Shown piece after piece: positions 38,601 through 49,501 of a stretch of DNA of 61,526 bases. Each line of letters opens with the position of its first letter. Position 1 is the first letter of the stretch. The DNA is from Campylobacterales bacterium. GTDB lineage: Bacteria > Campylobacterota > Campylobacteria > Campylobacterales > Sulfurimonadaceae. The notes below the pieces were generated by a model. That model made no database searches and was not told the DNA's origin. It was given only the letters and a program-made list of their open reading frames with translations. The stretch is from assembly GCA_024277445.1 (NCBI GenBank), contig JAJRVE010000177.1, forward strand, positions 1-61,526. The letters run 5' to 3'. A program made the position numbers and the translations under genes.

Positions 38601-39389
38601 TTAAAGTGATGCATAGATAGTTGTGCTCTTTTGCATAGCATCTAAGATTTTATTAGCAGATCGATTGATCAGACTCGGGATGAACTTTTTTGTATTACTT
38701 TTACCCATAAACTGAAAGTACCGATAAGACTTTTGTGCTTCTAAAAGCAGTGCTTTTGTCTGCGGTGTGTTATGCTGGCTGTTCAGTAGTTTATCTTGGG
38801 CACTTTCAAACTCTTGCATAGCTGTTGCCAGCTTTGAGGAGATCTTTAGGTCATCAATCTCCCACACTTTTAACATGTACAAGCTGGCCATTCTTTGTGA
38901 TAGCATACGCTGACGCCCTGAGAGATTAACAATCTCTGCGTCACTTTTCTTGGCGGTTCTAGCAATTAATCGGGTCGTATTATCTGCTATTTTTAAAAGT
39001 TTTTCCATGGCAATCAAAAGTTGTAGTGTACCATTTTTAGATGGTTTTTTTTGCAAAGAAGCTTTTATAGGCTCCCATTGTACCTGCAGTGTTTTTAGAC
39101 TTTTACGACTTTTTGTATCTTTTACATAGGATTGAAGCTCTTTAAGATTTGTGTCAAAGAGGTTTATCATGCTTTTTAAATCTGCAGATGGGTCACCATA
39201 GGTATTGTTCATACCGATCATAGCATAGTCTTTAAGAAGACGCTGTGTGATCATGCGCTGTTTTCCAGCTATATTAACAGCTTCAGAGATAGAAGTTATC
39301 TTAGCTGAAGCTGGTAGAGCTACTAACAAGAGACCGCCTAGAAAGATGTTTTTTGGCAGATGTTGTAAGGTTTGTAAACGGTAAGACAT
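38601..39389 (-). CDS. Periplasmic tandem NarX/PilJ-like domain protein
   Basis: Signal peptide; NIAGKQRMITQR and NLSGRQRMLSQR. Confidence 0.85.
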   Translation of the reverse strand: MSYRLQTLQHLPKNIFLGGLLLVALPASAKITSISEAVNIAGKQRMITQRLLKDYAMIGMNNTYGDPSADLKSMINLFDTNLKELQSYVKDTKSRKSLKTLQVQWEPIKASLQKKPSKNGTLQLLIAMEKLLKIADNTTRLIARTAKKSDAEIVNLSGRQRMLSQRMASLYMLKVWEIDDLKISSKLATAMQEFESAQDKLLNSQHNTPQTKALLLEAQKSYRYFQFMGKSNTKKFIPSLINRSANKILDAMQKSTTIYASL

Positions 39390-39452
39390 TGATGCATTCC
39401 TTTCATGATAAATGATTTATATATAATCCTAACAAGTATCGCAATAGATTTC

Positions 39453-39470
39453 TGTAGGTTATATCTGACA
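39453..39470. promoter_or_regulatory. GacA/UvrY-box-like site
   Basis: TGTAGG-TTATAT-CTGACA, 21 nt from a minus-strand TGnTAGGAT -10 element (39426-31). Confidence 0.6.
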
Positions 39471-39482
39471 TCTCAAGAGATG

Positions 39483-40274
39483 TTATTTACGTCCCTTGAC
39501 ATATAGACCTGTAACTGTGTTCATCTCTTTAAGTATATTATTGGCGGAACGGTTTATAAGACTTGGTATGTACTTTTTAGATTTAGACTGTCCCATCACT
39601 TTAAAAAACATATAAGACTTACCTACTTTTTGGAGATGTTTTGTGATCTCAGCGGTAGAGAGTGGTGAAGCTAAAAGTTTTTTATGAGCAGCAGTAAACT
39701 CTTTCATAGCTGTTGCTAGTTTATTCTCAAATTCACTATCTCTCACACCCCAAACCTTGAGCATGTAGAGTCCGGCCATACGTTGCGAAAGCATACGTTG
39801 TCTACCTGAGGTGTTGACAATTTCACCTGCTTTAGACTTGGAAGCTTTGGTGATAAGTAGTGTACTTTTATGTGCTGCTTTCAGTAGTGCTTCAAGATCA
39901 CGTTGGAGGGTGGCTATTTTTGATTTTTCTGGTTTGGATAAGACTACTTTTTTGATTGGTGTCCAAAGAACTTTAACCTCTTTCAAGCTTTTTGCTGCAG
40001 CAGGACTCTTCACATATGCCTGAAGTTCAGCTAACTGTTTATCAAAAAGCTTAACACTCATTGGTAAAGATTTTTTTGGATTAGCATAGCTGTTTTTCAT
40101 ACCGATGAGGGCATATTCTTTAAGCATTTTCTGTGTTAACATTCTTTGGCGTCCTGCTTTATTGACTGCCTCTTCCATGCTGCTTATTGCCCCCATACTA
40201 ATACCTTGAAACAGAACAAACATTAGTATCACAACTGGCATTTTCTTAATGAAAGATGGTTTTATCATTTTCAT
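39483..40274 (-). CDS. Periplasmic tandem NarX/PilJ-like domain protein
   Basis: Signal peptide; NKAGRQRMLTQK and NTSGRQRMLSQR. Confidence 0.85.
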   Translation of the reverse strand: MKMIKPSFIKKMPVVILMFVLFQGISMGAISSMEEAVNKAGRQRMLTQKMLKEYALIGMKNSYANPKKSLPMSVKLFDKQLAELQAYVKSPAAAKSLKEVKVLWTPIKKVVLSKPEKSKIATLQRDLEALLKAAHKSTLLITKASKSKAGEIVNTSGRQRMLSQRMAGLYMLKVWGVRDSEFENKLATAMKEFTAAHKKLLASPLSTAEITKHLQKVGKSYMFFKVMGQSKSKKYIPSLINRSANNILKEMNTVTGLYVKGRK

Positions 40275-40324
40275 CTCCTTCTATAATGTGTAAAGGAATT
40301 ATATAACATAATATATAATATAGA

Positions 40325-40342
40325 TGTGGGTTTATTCTTACA
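40325..40342. promoter_or_regulatory. GacA/UvrY-box-like site
   Basis: TGTGGG-TTTATT-CTTACA, 21 nt from a minus-strand TATAAT (40298-40303). Confidence 0.6.
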
Positions 40343-40530
40343 TTATATTGCACATCTAAAAATGACTTGAAAAGTAGCAAGAGGTAGCAGAAAAAAGATA
40401 AAAAAAGAACAAGCCTAAAACATGTCTTTCCTTTTAGGTTATTATAATATTATATTTATTGTACGAAACACCCTACATACGACAAGTGTTTAAAGCGATT
40501 ATAATTGCTCAAATGAAAAAAGGAAAGTAC

Positions 40531-40902
40531 ATGACAAAAAGAATTTTAATAATTGATGATGTTGAATATATCTTAGAATTTGAGGAGAAAGTGATAGAGT
40601 CTATTAAGAGTGAAGCTGACTTTTCTATAGTAATCGACAAAGCAAGCACGATTTTGGATGCTAAAGAATTAGTTGATTTAAATACTTATGCTCTGATTAT
40701 CTCTGACATGAACCTACCTGATGGCTCAGGTACAGAGATTGCAAAATATGCAACATCAAAAGATGAGTCTACACGTGTAGCAGCATTGACGATCTATCCT
40801 CAACGCTATGAAAAAGAACGTGCTTACTTTGACGCTTTTTTTAAGAAGCCGATCCTTCCTTCTGTTTTTAAAGAGAACCTGAGATTACTTTTAGGAATAT
40901 AA
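40531..40902 (+). CDS. Single-domain response regulator
   Basis: RILIIDD, SDMNLPDGSG, ALT and KKP. Start moved from 40459 to MTKRIL. Confidence 0.85.
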   Translation: MTKRILIIDDVEYILEFEEKVIESIKSEADFSIVIDKASTILDAKELVDLNTYALIISDMNLPDGSGTEIAKYATSKDESTRVAALTIYPQRYEKERAYFDAFFKKPILPSVFKENLRLLLGI

Positions 40903-40907
40903 GCTTT

Positions 40908-42557
40908 ATGAAAATCTCTGAAGTCCAGGCTGTACTCGGAACATTGCCATTAGGTGCTTTTGTTATGGACGAGGAGCTTAATGTAGTGTGGAGTAATCAC
41001 TATTTTGACACCCAGTTTTTTTTGAAAGAGTATAAGAAAACAAATGTAGCTTCTTTTAACTTTATAGAAAGTGAAGAGAGCATGATAGACCTTTTTTCTA
41101 AGGCATTTCATGCACCTAAACCGTGGAGTCAGGAACACTTCTGTGAGATGTCCTGTGGAAAGCATTACCACTGTAATATATCAGTACATGAACTTGACGA
41201 AGTGCATGTACTTGTCTATCTACAGCGTTCTGTAGATGTAATAGAACAGTGTGATGACCTATTGAAAACCACACGTTATGATCATGTAACAAGTCTTGTC
41301 AATCGTTCCTATTTTTTAGAATTATTGGGTGAGAAATTACTTGAACATAATAAAAATAAATCTTCTTTAAGCCTCCTTGTACTCGATTTTGATAGTTTGG
41401 ACGATTATGATGTACTTTTTACATCAACAGATGATGAAACCATATTTATTGAACTTAAAAACAAAATACAAGAGGTAGTGGGTGATGCGCAGCTCTTTGG
41501 AAGAATGAGTACTTCAAAATTTGCAATTGTTTACGAAGATATTGTCTCTACAGTAGAAGTGGAGAAGATTGCAGAGGAAATTATTTATCTTTTTTCAGAA
41601 CCTATTTTAGTAAAAGGACATCTGTCTTATGTTGAACTCACTATAGGGGTCTCTTTATATCCGGTTGATACAGGAAATGCAAGGATGCTTTTACATAAGG
41701 CAGAGCATAGTGCTGCAGCTATGCAAAATATTGAACCCAATAGTTATAGTTTTGCACACAAACTACCTGAACAAAATGTAGAAAATGTCTTACAAATTAG
41801 TACAGATCTCCCTTCGGCTATTGAAAAAGAAGAGATTTACTTCATGTTTCAACCGCAGTATTGTCATGAGACACAACGTTTTTGTGGTGCTGAACTTTTG
41901 GCAAGGTGGGAACATCCTGAGCTCGGGTTCATCTCTCCTGAGGTTTTTATACCTCTTGCAGAACAGACGGGAATGATTCGTGCAGTTACGATGAAGGCTT
42001 TTATAGAAGCTGCCAAACTTTTTAAAGAGATTGAAGCTGTTGGTATAAAGAATTTTTCTCTTTCCGTTAATATTTCTCCGAGTGTATTGTTATATGGGGA
42101 TTTTCTAGAGGATCTCAAATTTTTCATGGAGAACTATGAGATGATAGGAAAGCCTCTCTATTTAGAGGTAACAGAAAACGATCTTGCCCGAAATATTTCT
42201 AAGATGATAGAGATTCTTGAAGAGGTAAGGGCGATGGGAATTCTTATTGAAATGGATGATTATGGGACAGGATATACCTCTTTGCAATACCTCTCCAAAC
42301 TTCCTATTGATACATTGAAGATAGACAAATCTTTTGTACGTGATATCGACACCAACAAGCATCAGGCCGTTCTTTTTAAAGCGATATGTGAGATGTCTTT
42401 AGCTTTAGGCTATGATATAGTCGCTGAGGGGGTAGAGACAAAGGGTGAAAACCTCATTGTTGCTAGCCATAAAAAGGTACGGGTGCAAGGTTACTACTAC
42501 GCCAGACCTCTACTTAAAAAACCTTTTTTGGAGTTAATCCAGAAGAAGCTACAATAG
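40908..42557 (+). CDS. PAS-like / degenerate GGDEF / EAL protein (probable c-di-GMP phosphodiesterase)
   Basis: GGDEF replaced by STSKF; ELLARW, DDYGTGY and AEGVET intact. Confidence 0.85.
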   Translation: MKISEVQAVLGTLPLGAFVMDEELNVVWSNHYFDTQFFLKEYKKTNVASFNFIESEESMIDLFSKAFHAPKPWSQEHFCEMSCGKHYHCNISVHELDEVHVLVYLQRSVDVIEQCDDLLKTTRYDHVTSLVNRSYFLELLGEKLLEHNKNKSSLSLLVLDFDSLDDYDVLFTSTDDETIFIELKNKIQEVVGDAQLFGRMSTSKFAIVYEDIVSTVEVEKIAEEIIYLFSEPILVKGHLSYVELTIGVSLYPVDTGNARMLLHKAEHSAAAMQNIEPNSYSFAHKLPEQNVENVLQISTDLPSAIEKEEIYFMFQPQYCHETQRFCGAELLARWEHPELGFISPEVFIPLAEQTGMIRAVTMKAFIEAAKLFKEIEAVGIKNFSLSVNISPSVLLYGDFLEDLKFFMENYEMIGKPLYLEVTENDLARNISKMIEILEEVRAMGILIEMDDYGTGYTSLQYLSKLPIDTLKIDKSFVRDIDTNKHQAVLFKAICEMSLALGYDIVAEGVETKGENLIVASHKKVRVQGYYYARPLLKKPFLELIQKKLQ

Positions 42558-42560
42558 AGG

Positions 42561-42878
42561 CTACTTTAGGCTCTCTTTTATCTTTGAGATACTGGATTTG
42601 ATAGCCTCAATATATAGTTTTGTCTCTACGTTATCCTGCTTTTTTGCAGCCTCTTCCAAGGCCAATGCTTGATTACTTAAGTCAGTAAGCTTCATGTTGG
42701 CAGCACTTCCTTTAATCCCATGTGCTTCACTGGATATCAGAGCCCAGGCCTGACGTGTATACATCTGCTCTATCTGCTCTATTGAACTTTGTGCATCTTC
42801 TATCAAAACTGTGACGATTATCCTGACATCATCAAGAGCGAATCCCAAGGTTTTTGCTATCTCTTCGAGGTTATACAT
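42561..42878 (-). CDS. Hpt phosphotransfer protein
   Basis: AHGIKGSAANM motif. Confidence 0.9.
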   Translation of the reverse strand: MYNLEEIAKTLGFALDDVRIIVTVLIEDAQSSIEQIEQMYTRQAWALISSEAHGIKGSAANMKLTDLSNQALALEEAAKKQDNVETKLYIEAIKSSISKIKESLK

Positions 42879-44565
42879 TTTTTTCCTTACAATATTTTTT
42901 TAATACATTTATGAGTATAGTATTTTCTACAGGTTTACTAATATAGTCATCCATACCGGCACTCAAGAAACGTTCTCTATCGCCCTCTAAGGCATTGGCA
43001 GTCAAGGCGATGATTGGTGTATGTTTACGTCCTTCCTTATTCTCAATATCAAGGATACTTTTAGTCGCATTGATACCACTCATGACAGGCATGTGCTCAT
43101 CCATAAGAATACATGTGTAGTCCTTTTGTCGCATCATTTCAACTGCTTGTAGACCATTATCCGCGATTTCATAGGTGAATCCAAGGTTAGATAAAGTAAG
43201 GCCCATAAATAGTTGGTTGGCACGATTGTCTTCCGCTACTAGAATATGGCCATTGAGTTTAATATCTTTATCGTTTTTACTCTCAGTGTCTTCTTGCTTA
43301 GTTTTTATTTCCTGAAGTGGGATGTCAAAGTAAAACTGGCTCCCTTTTTTTAATTCACTCTTAACTCGTAAAGTACCATTCATAATGGTGACAAATGAGG
43401 TAGAAATAGCGAGTCCTAAACCTGTTCCTCCATATTCTCTTGTTGTGCTATTGTTCGCCTGTATAAAGGGATCAAAAATAGTTTTTAATTTATTTTTGGA
43501 AATTCCTACACCAGTATCCTGAACTTTGGTATAAAGACGACCATTCTTGTAACTAAAGTCACACCTTATTGCGCCACTATTTGGAGTAAACTTAATGGCA
43601 TTTGAGAGAAGGTTTTTAATGATCTGACTGAGTTTTTGAATATCACCATTAAGGCATTTTGGAATATTAGGTGCAAAAAATATTTCTAGAGAGATATCTT
43701 TTTCCTTTGCTTGCACTTCAAAGAGTCGAATACTTTCTTTGATTTCAATACTGTCAAAGTTGATGTTATTAAGATTTATATTATTACTCTCTATTTTACT
43801 ATAATCAAGAATATCATTGATCGTTTGTAAAAGAGAGTAAGAAGCAAGAGAGATGATCTTAAAATATTCTTGTTTTTTTGGATCTGCCTCGTCCTCTTTA
43901 AGCAGAGAGATAAAGCCATTGATAGCGTTAAGAGGTGTACGGATTTCGTGGGACATGTTGGCTAAGAACTGGCCTTTAGCCTCGAGTGCCTTTTCTGCTT
44001 CTATTTTGGCTGCATTAAGCTTTATTGTTCGTTCCTGTACACCCTTTTCTAAATAGCTGTTAGCAGACTTGACCTCTTCAAGGATTTTCTGTTTGTTCAA
44101 CTCATACCAGTTGGTGATAAAAGCGATAAAAAATAGTGTACTTTGAAGAATATAAAAGCTTGTGGTGCTCATGGTATGAGGTACAAAAGGAGTAATTACA
44201 GAAATGGAAAGAGAGATGATTATCAACCATACCCATCCCTCTTTTCGTCCTGTCAGAAAGAAGGCGAAGAGTAAAAGAGTAGGGTACCAAACATGACGTG
44301 TCTCATGAAATTGTGCCGCACTAATCGTAAAGAGTCCGATAGATAAAATAATACGAGAAGCTATGGTGTAGACTTCTGGACGCTTATAGATCCAATAATA
44401 CATAATTGAAAAGGTGAAAACGGTAAAGATATCAATAATGAATTGTAGATACTCTTTTTGATAATATCGAAGGATCGACATTGCAAAGACAATAATACCT
44501 GTTAAGAGTACAATATGTCTAAGAACAACGGTCTTGTCTTTTAAATAATCTATTCTAGTTTCCAT
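42871..44565 (-). CDS. Multi-TM hybrid histidine kinase
   Basis: About six N-terminal TM helices; FLANMSHEIRTP; GGTGLGL; LMDEHMP receiver. Confidence 0.9.
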   Translation of the reverse strand: METRIDYLKDKTVVLRHIVLLTGIIVFAMSILRYYQKEYLQFIIDIFTVFTFSIMYYWIYKRPEVYTIASRIILSIGLFTISAAQFHETRHVWYPTLLLFAFFLTGRKEGWVWLIIISLSISVITPFVPHTMSTTSFYILQSTLFFIAFITNWYELNKQKILEEVKSANSYLEKGVQERTIKLNAAKIEAEKALEAKGQFLANMSHEIRTPLNAINGFISLLKEDEADPKKQEYFKIISLASYSLLQTINDILDYSKIESNNINLNNINFDSIEIKESIRLFEVQAKEKDISLEIFFAPNIPKCLNGDIQKLSQIIKNLLSNAIKFTPNSGAIRCDFSYKNGRLYTKVQDTGVGISKNKLKTIFDPFIQANNSTTREYGGTGLGLAISTSFVTIMNGTLRVKSELKKGSQFYFDIPLQEIKTKQEDTESKNDKDIKLNGHILVAEDNRANQLFMGLTLSNLGFTYEIADNGLQAVEMMRQKDYTCILMDEHMPVMSGINATKSILDIENKEGRKHTPIIALTANALEGDRERFLSAGMDDYISKPVENTILINVLKKYCKEKNV

Positions 44566-44768
44566 GTTTGTGTACCATTATTTGTTTTGGTTTACATTAT
44601 GATATCCTGATTTAAATATATTTTTTATTACTTTAAGTACTTGAGTCGTTAAATCTACTAAATTATTTAAATATCTACATTTTAATAGTGCATGAAAGAG
44701 TTTCTAACTATATCTATTGTAAAATTGACGAGCAGAATGTTCTCTGTTAAAGATGAAAAAGGTGAAGT

Positions 44769-46367
44769 ATGTCGCAAAAATTACCACAATGTAATAATGA
44801 GCTTAGTACTCTTTTTGTTGAAGACAATCACCATGCAAGAGAGACGGTGATCTTTTTACTTAAGCTCTATCTTGAGAAGATAGATGTTGTTTGTGATGGG
44901 GTTGAAGGCATGAAGCAGTATCAGCACTATTATGAGACAAACGGAAGCTATTATGATATTGTGATAACGGATGTGTTTATGCCCAAACTTAATGGGATCG
45001 AGATGATCAGACAGATGTTGACATACAATGCAAGACAACAATTTATTGTTGTCTCTGCAGATAATGAAGCTCGTGACCTGATAGCACTGATGAACATGGG
45101 TGTCTCAAACTTTCTTCTTAAACCAATCACACCTCCAGCATTTAAACAAACGATAGAACGCGCCATAGATATCTGTATGGATCGGCAAAAACTGGAAAGG
45201 CAATATAAAGAGATTAAGATGATGAACGAAAAACTTCAGCTTGTCACCCAACATGCTGAAGGGGCCTCACGACAAAAAAGCGAGTTCCTAGCCAATATGT
45301 CCCATGAGATCCGTACACCACTTAATGCTATCAACGGCTTTATCTCTCTGCTGAAACAAGAAGAGAATGATCCAACAAAACGACGTTATATAGAGATTAT
45401 TGAAGAGTCTTCAATGACACTTTTACAGATCATCAGTGATATTTTAGATATCTCCAAGATAGAGAATGGAAAACTAGAGGTTGAGGCTGTTAATTTTAAT
45501 CCTTATCATGATCTCATCATGGTGACAGAGCTTTTTCAGGCTAAAGCAGCAGAGAAGAACATACTTTTTAATGTTCAATATAATCACTCTATGCCAGAAG
45601 TGCTTAAAGGAGATGTTTTACGTATTAAACAGGTACTTTCAAACTTGCTTTCCAATGCGATCAAGTTTACACCGGAATACTCCAAAATCAAGTGTGTCAT
45701 CTGGTGTAAAAACAATATGTTGTATATAAAAGTTAAAGATTATGGCATTGGTATTGCCCGAGATAAGCAGCAGCATGTCTTTCATGCATTTATGCAGGCA
45801 GATAGTTCTACAGTACGCCAATATGGAGGTACGGGTCTCGGTCTTTCTATTTCGTATCGTCTGAGTAAGCTTCTTAATGGTGATTTAACACTGAAAAGTG
45901 AATTGGGAAAAGGGAGTGCCTTTCTGTTCTCAGCCACAGTAACAAAGGGTGATAAGAATAGTTTAATGAGCGAGACAGAAGAACATGCTATTGCGCCTGG
46001 AAAGAAGGTACTACTAGTAGAAGATAACCGAAGTAATCAGCTTTTTATGAGCATTGTCTTAAAAAAATTAGGATTGAAATATGCACTGGCAAAAGATGGA
46101 TACGAAGCCGTTAACATGGTAAAGATAGATAGATATGATCTTATATTAATGGACGAAAACATGCCCCGTCTCAACGGGATTGGTGCTACTAAACTCATTC
46201 GAGAGTATGAAAAAGAACATGGATATAGACATATTCCAATCATCTCTTTAACCGCTAATGCCATTAAAGGGGATAAGGAACGGTTCTTGCAGTCGGGTAT
46301 GGATGATTATCTTGCAAAACCTATCGACCAAGAGAAGCTATTAAACGTGATGCGTCCTTTTTTATAA
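44769..46367 (+). CDS. Receiver-HK-receiver hybrid histidine kinase
   Basis: N-terminal ITDVFMP receiver; FLANMSHEIRTP; C-terminal LMDENMP receiver. Confidence 0.9.
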   Translation: MSQKLPQCNNELSTLFVEDNHHARETVIFLLKLYLEKIDVVCDGVEGMKQYQHYYETNGSYYDIVITDVFMPKLNGIEMIRQMLTYNARQQFIVVSADNEARDLIALMNMGVSNFLLKPITPPAFKQTIERAIDICMDRQKLERQYKEIKMMNEKLQLVTQHAEGASRQKSEFLANMSHEIRTPLNAINGFISLLKQEENDPTKRRYIEIIEESSMTLLQIISDILDISKIENGKLEVEAVNFNPYHDLIMVTELFQAKAAEKNILFNVQYNHSMPEVLKGDVLRIKQVLSNLLSNAIKFTPEYSKIKCVIWCKNNMLYIKVKDYGIGIARDKQQHVFHAFMQADSSTVRQYGGTGLGLSISYRLSKLLNGDLTLKSELGKGSAFLFSATVTKGDKNSLMSETEEHAIAPGKKVLLVEDNRSNQLFMSIVLKKLGLKYALAKDGYEAVNMVKIDRYDLILMDENMPRLNGIGATKLIREYEKEHGYRHIPIISLTANAIKGDKERFLQSGMDDYLAKPIDQEKLLNVMRPFL

Positions 46368-46420
46368 GAATGAAAAAGGGACCTCAACAGTTAGAATTCC
46401 TCGCTACTAGAGTAAGCTTT

Positions 46421-46438
46421 TGTAGGCTATACCTGACA
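46421..46438. promoter_or_regulatory. GacA/UvrY-box-like site
   Basis: TGTAGG-CTATAC-CTGACA, 22 nt upstream of TATAAT (46461-66). Confidence 0.6.
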
Positions 46439-46514
46439 TGAATTATACTTTGTTTTTGAGTATAATTAAAGATGTTGGATTGCTATATCCACCAATATTA
46501 TTGAGGTTAGGTTC

Positions 46515-47636
46515 ATGAATCATTATATAGCTACTGGTATATCTCTTCCTACAGGTCTGACTTTTACACCGACCGTTGTTTTTGGATTTTATTTACTATC
46601 ACAGAAAGAAAATTTTCAGACGATGGTATTAGAACTTGAACAACGATATCCTGATATTTCTATTATTGGAATAGGCAGTAGCGGTAACCTTTCAAAGCCT
46701 ATACCTTACCGAACCAGTGAACTGCTTTTTATGTATATGGACCTTGATCCAAAGGCCCTCTCTATACATTATGCTTCAGAAGATGCTTCTTTATTAGACT
46801 TTGAAAAAGAAAGTACAAACAAGCGTAATAATGCATTACTTTTTTATACCCATTATGGACGCTGTATTCATCGTGATATTAGTATTGTTTCTGAAAAACT
46901 TGAAGGAGGTTCAGTTTATGGAATGGTCTCTGGAGTACTGCAAAAAGAGGATAATGGTGGTTCTATCTATTACAATGGTACATTTTATGAGAAAGGATTG
47001 CTCTGCTGTCTTTTGGATGCAGACCGGTATGAGTTGACAGGAAGTTCGCTACATGACTTCGAACCAGCTGGAATCGACCTTACCGTGACCAAAAACAAAG
47101 GAAAGGTCGTTACCCATATTGAAGATGAACCTGCATTAGAGATGATCGAAGAGGTGATCGGTCGTTTGACGATGCGGCGTATCAAGATGTTTGATGTACC
47201 ATTCTTTGTAGAAAATTCACAAGAGAATGAAACGAGTTATACCAATATTGTCTCTCTTCAAAAACTTAATCGTAGGAATAAATCGTTTGAGCTGTTTCGT
47301 GAACTGCCTGTTGGAAGTAAGATTAAAGTAGCTATTCCTGTCTCGCAGCGGACTATGAAAAAGCGCTTTGCTCAACTTCGCACAGCTTTATTGAAGTCAA
47401 ATGCTAACAGTAAGGATGGCGTGATGTTTATGTTGCTTTCTTCTTCTATGCCGGCACATTGGGAAGAAATGGAGGTTCTTTACATTATGAAAGTCCTTGA
47501 AATACTCAAATTCCCTTTTATTGGACTTCATACCTATGGTGAGATCGTTCCTTCACTGAGAAGTAAAAAGAGTGCATTGCAAAACCAGACCCTGAGTGTT
47601 GTTATGCTTAGGGAAAAGGAGGTTCCCTCATGTTAA
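46515..47636 (+). CDS. FIST-domain protein
   Basis: IIGIGSSG, H.FEP.G..L.VTK..G..V..I..EPA, and GLHTYGEI...LQNQT at the C-terminus. Confidence 0.8.
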   Translation: MNHYIATGISLPTGLTFTPTVVFGFYLLSQKENFQTMVLELEQRYPDISIIGIGSSGNLSKPIPYRTSELLFMYMDLDPKALSIHYASEDASLLDFEKESTNKRNNALLFYTHYGRCIHRDISIVSEKLEGGSVYGMVSGVLQKEDNGGSIYYNGTFYEKGLLCCLLDADRYELTGSSLHDFEPAGIDLTVTKNKGKVVTHIEDEPALEMIEEVIGRLTMRRIKMFDVPFFVENSQENETSYTNIVSLQKLNRRNKSFELFRELPVGSKIKVAIPVSQRTMKKRFAQLRTALLKSNANSKDGVMFMLLSSSMPAHWEEMEVLYIMKVLEILKFPFIGLHTYGEIVPSLRSKKSALQNQTLSVVMLREKEVPSC

Positions 47637-49501
47637 TGGATTATGAGAGTCGAACAGAGATTCTTAAAAGCCTGATGAATGAGTTTGGTATCTCAGAAGA
47701 ACGGGCACAAGTGAGAATAGCAGAGTTTGAAAGTGCTCTTGAGGGAGAGACATCAGCGATGTTTTATCATCTGTTATATATGCTTAATGAAGCACAAGAT
47801 GTCAAGTATGCCATAAAAGTCTTCTCCTTTGTATTTAGGCACTATCTGTTGTTAAGAGATCGATGCAAGCGAGAAGATCGTGGGAGTCTTGATGACTTTT
47901 TCGAGGCTTTTTTTAAGGGGACATTTGGTGCAAAGTGTCATGAATACCTGCGTTCAGATGAGCGGGATGAGGCGGCAATTAGTGTGCTACAACATATGTC
48001 TAATCGCATGAACAGTGAGCTTATAACGCAGCAGGAAATGATTATTAACCTTTCGCACTCTATGCGTACCTCTTTGAATGCTATTTTGGGTTATATTAAT
48101 GCTCTGAAAAATGAGAAACCTTATCTGCAGGGTAAACAGCTCTACTATCTTAAACAATGTGATGAAGAGTCGGTTGGGCTTCAGTCACTTGTAAGCAAGA
48201 TACTTGATCTCTCCAAGATAAATTCCGGTCAGATTGAGTTGAGTAAAAATGAGTTTTGGCTGGAAGATGCCTTCTCTGAGAGCATGGAAAAAGTGCTGCC
48301 TATGATTTATAAAAAACAGTTGCAGTTTACAAGCCATTTTGATCTTTTGAGTACCAAGCATATTGGCGATCAACAAAACATCACACTGATTATCAACCAC
48401 TTACTGAACAATGCAGTGCAGTTTACTTCATATGGAACGATAGCATTGTCGGTGATAATGAAGAAGTTGGATGAGCGAACCGACACACTGATTTTTACGA
48501 TCAAAGATACAGGTAGTGGTATGAGTGCGACAGAGATAAAGTCTGTTGTTAATCCCTTTGTCCGTTTTTCAGCGATGAGCGATGGTGTAGGTACCGGACT
48601 TTATATCGTTTCCAAGCTCACGCAGAAGATGCAGGGACAACTTAAGATAGAGAGTATAAAAGGTGAAGGCACTTCCGTAACGATTACACTTACATTGCCA
48701 CGTGTCAAAATGCCTGAGATCGATCTTAAAAAAGAGCGTTTTTTCTTTTTTAATGATACGGATGTCGTTAATCAAGATATGTTCACGCAGCTGCAGAAGT
48801 TTTTAGAGCATCGTGGTGCTACGGTTTATGTAGTTGAAGATGAAAAGGTTTTGATGGATAGACTCTTAAATGTAAACTTGATGGTACCTACTTATTTTGT
48901 GTTAACCACAGCAGAAGAGAACTATGATCGTTTTAATGGTTTGATACATTATTTGAAAAGTATGCCAAGATTTGTCAGGACAAAGTTTTTTGCACAGCAT
49001 GTTCATAATCATACGCTTGTTAACTTTTTTGATAATACCTTTTTCGGTCATATCCCTATCTCGACCTATATCAATCTAAACGGTAATAAAAATAGAGATA
49101 TCCTCTCTAAAACACTTCAAGAACGTTCTCTACGCATTCTTGCTGTGGATGATATCTCAACTAATCTTGAGGTTTTAAAGCTGTTTGTGAAAATGCTTTT
49201 TCCAAATGCAGTACTAGACATGGCATCAGGAGGATATGAAGCGATTGGGATGTACAAGACAGTTGATTATGACTTGCTCTTACTTGACCTTAAGATGCCA
49301 GGACTTGATGGTTATGATGTAATAAAACGTTGCAAGGCAATCAAACCTCTTCCTCCAACTTTTGCTTTGACAGCAGATGTCTATAAAAAGACATTCGAAA
49401 AGATTACTGGAGCAGGTTTTAATGGTCTTCTTGAAAAACCTATCCAGCCTAAAATACTGGAAGAATCGATAAAAAAGGCACTTTATGACAAAAATAATTG
49501 A
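47630..49501 (+). CDS. Cytoplasmic hybrid histidine kinase
   Basis: LSHSMRTSLN H-box; HATPase; LLDLKMP receiver. Confidence 0.85.
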   Translation: MLMDYESRTEILKSLMNEFGISEERAQVRIAEFESALEGETSAMFYHLLYMLNEAQDVKYAIKVFSFVFRHYLLLRDRCKREDRGSLDDFFEAFFKGTFGAKCHEYLRSDERDEAAISVLQHMSNRMNSELITQQEMIINLSHSMRTSLNAILGYINALKNEKPYLQGKQLYYLKQCDEESVGLQSLVSKILDLSKINSGQIELSKNEFWLEDAFSESMEKVLPMIYKKQLQFTSHFDLLSTKHIGDQQNITLIINHLLNNAVQFTSYGTIALSVIMKKLDERTDTLIFTIKDTGSGMSATEIKSVVNPFVRFSAMSDGVGTGLYIVSKLTQKMQGQLKIESIKGEGTSVTITLTLPRVKMPEIDLKKERFFFFNDTDVVNQDMFTQLQKFLEHRGATVYVVEDEKVLMDRLLNVNLMVPTYFVLTTAEENYDRFNGLIHYLKSMPRFVRTKFFAQHVHNHTLVNFFDNTFFGHIPISTYINLNGNKNRDILSKTLQERSLRILAVDDISTNLEVLKLFVKMLFPNAVLDMASGGYEAIGMYKTVDYDLLLLDLKMPGLDGYDVIKRCKAIKPLPPTFALTADVYKKTFEKITGAGFNGLLEKPIQPKILEESIKKALYDKNN

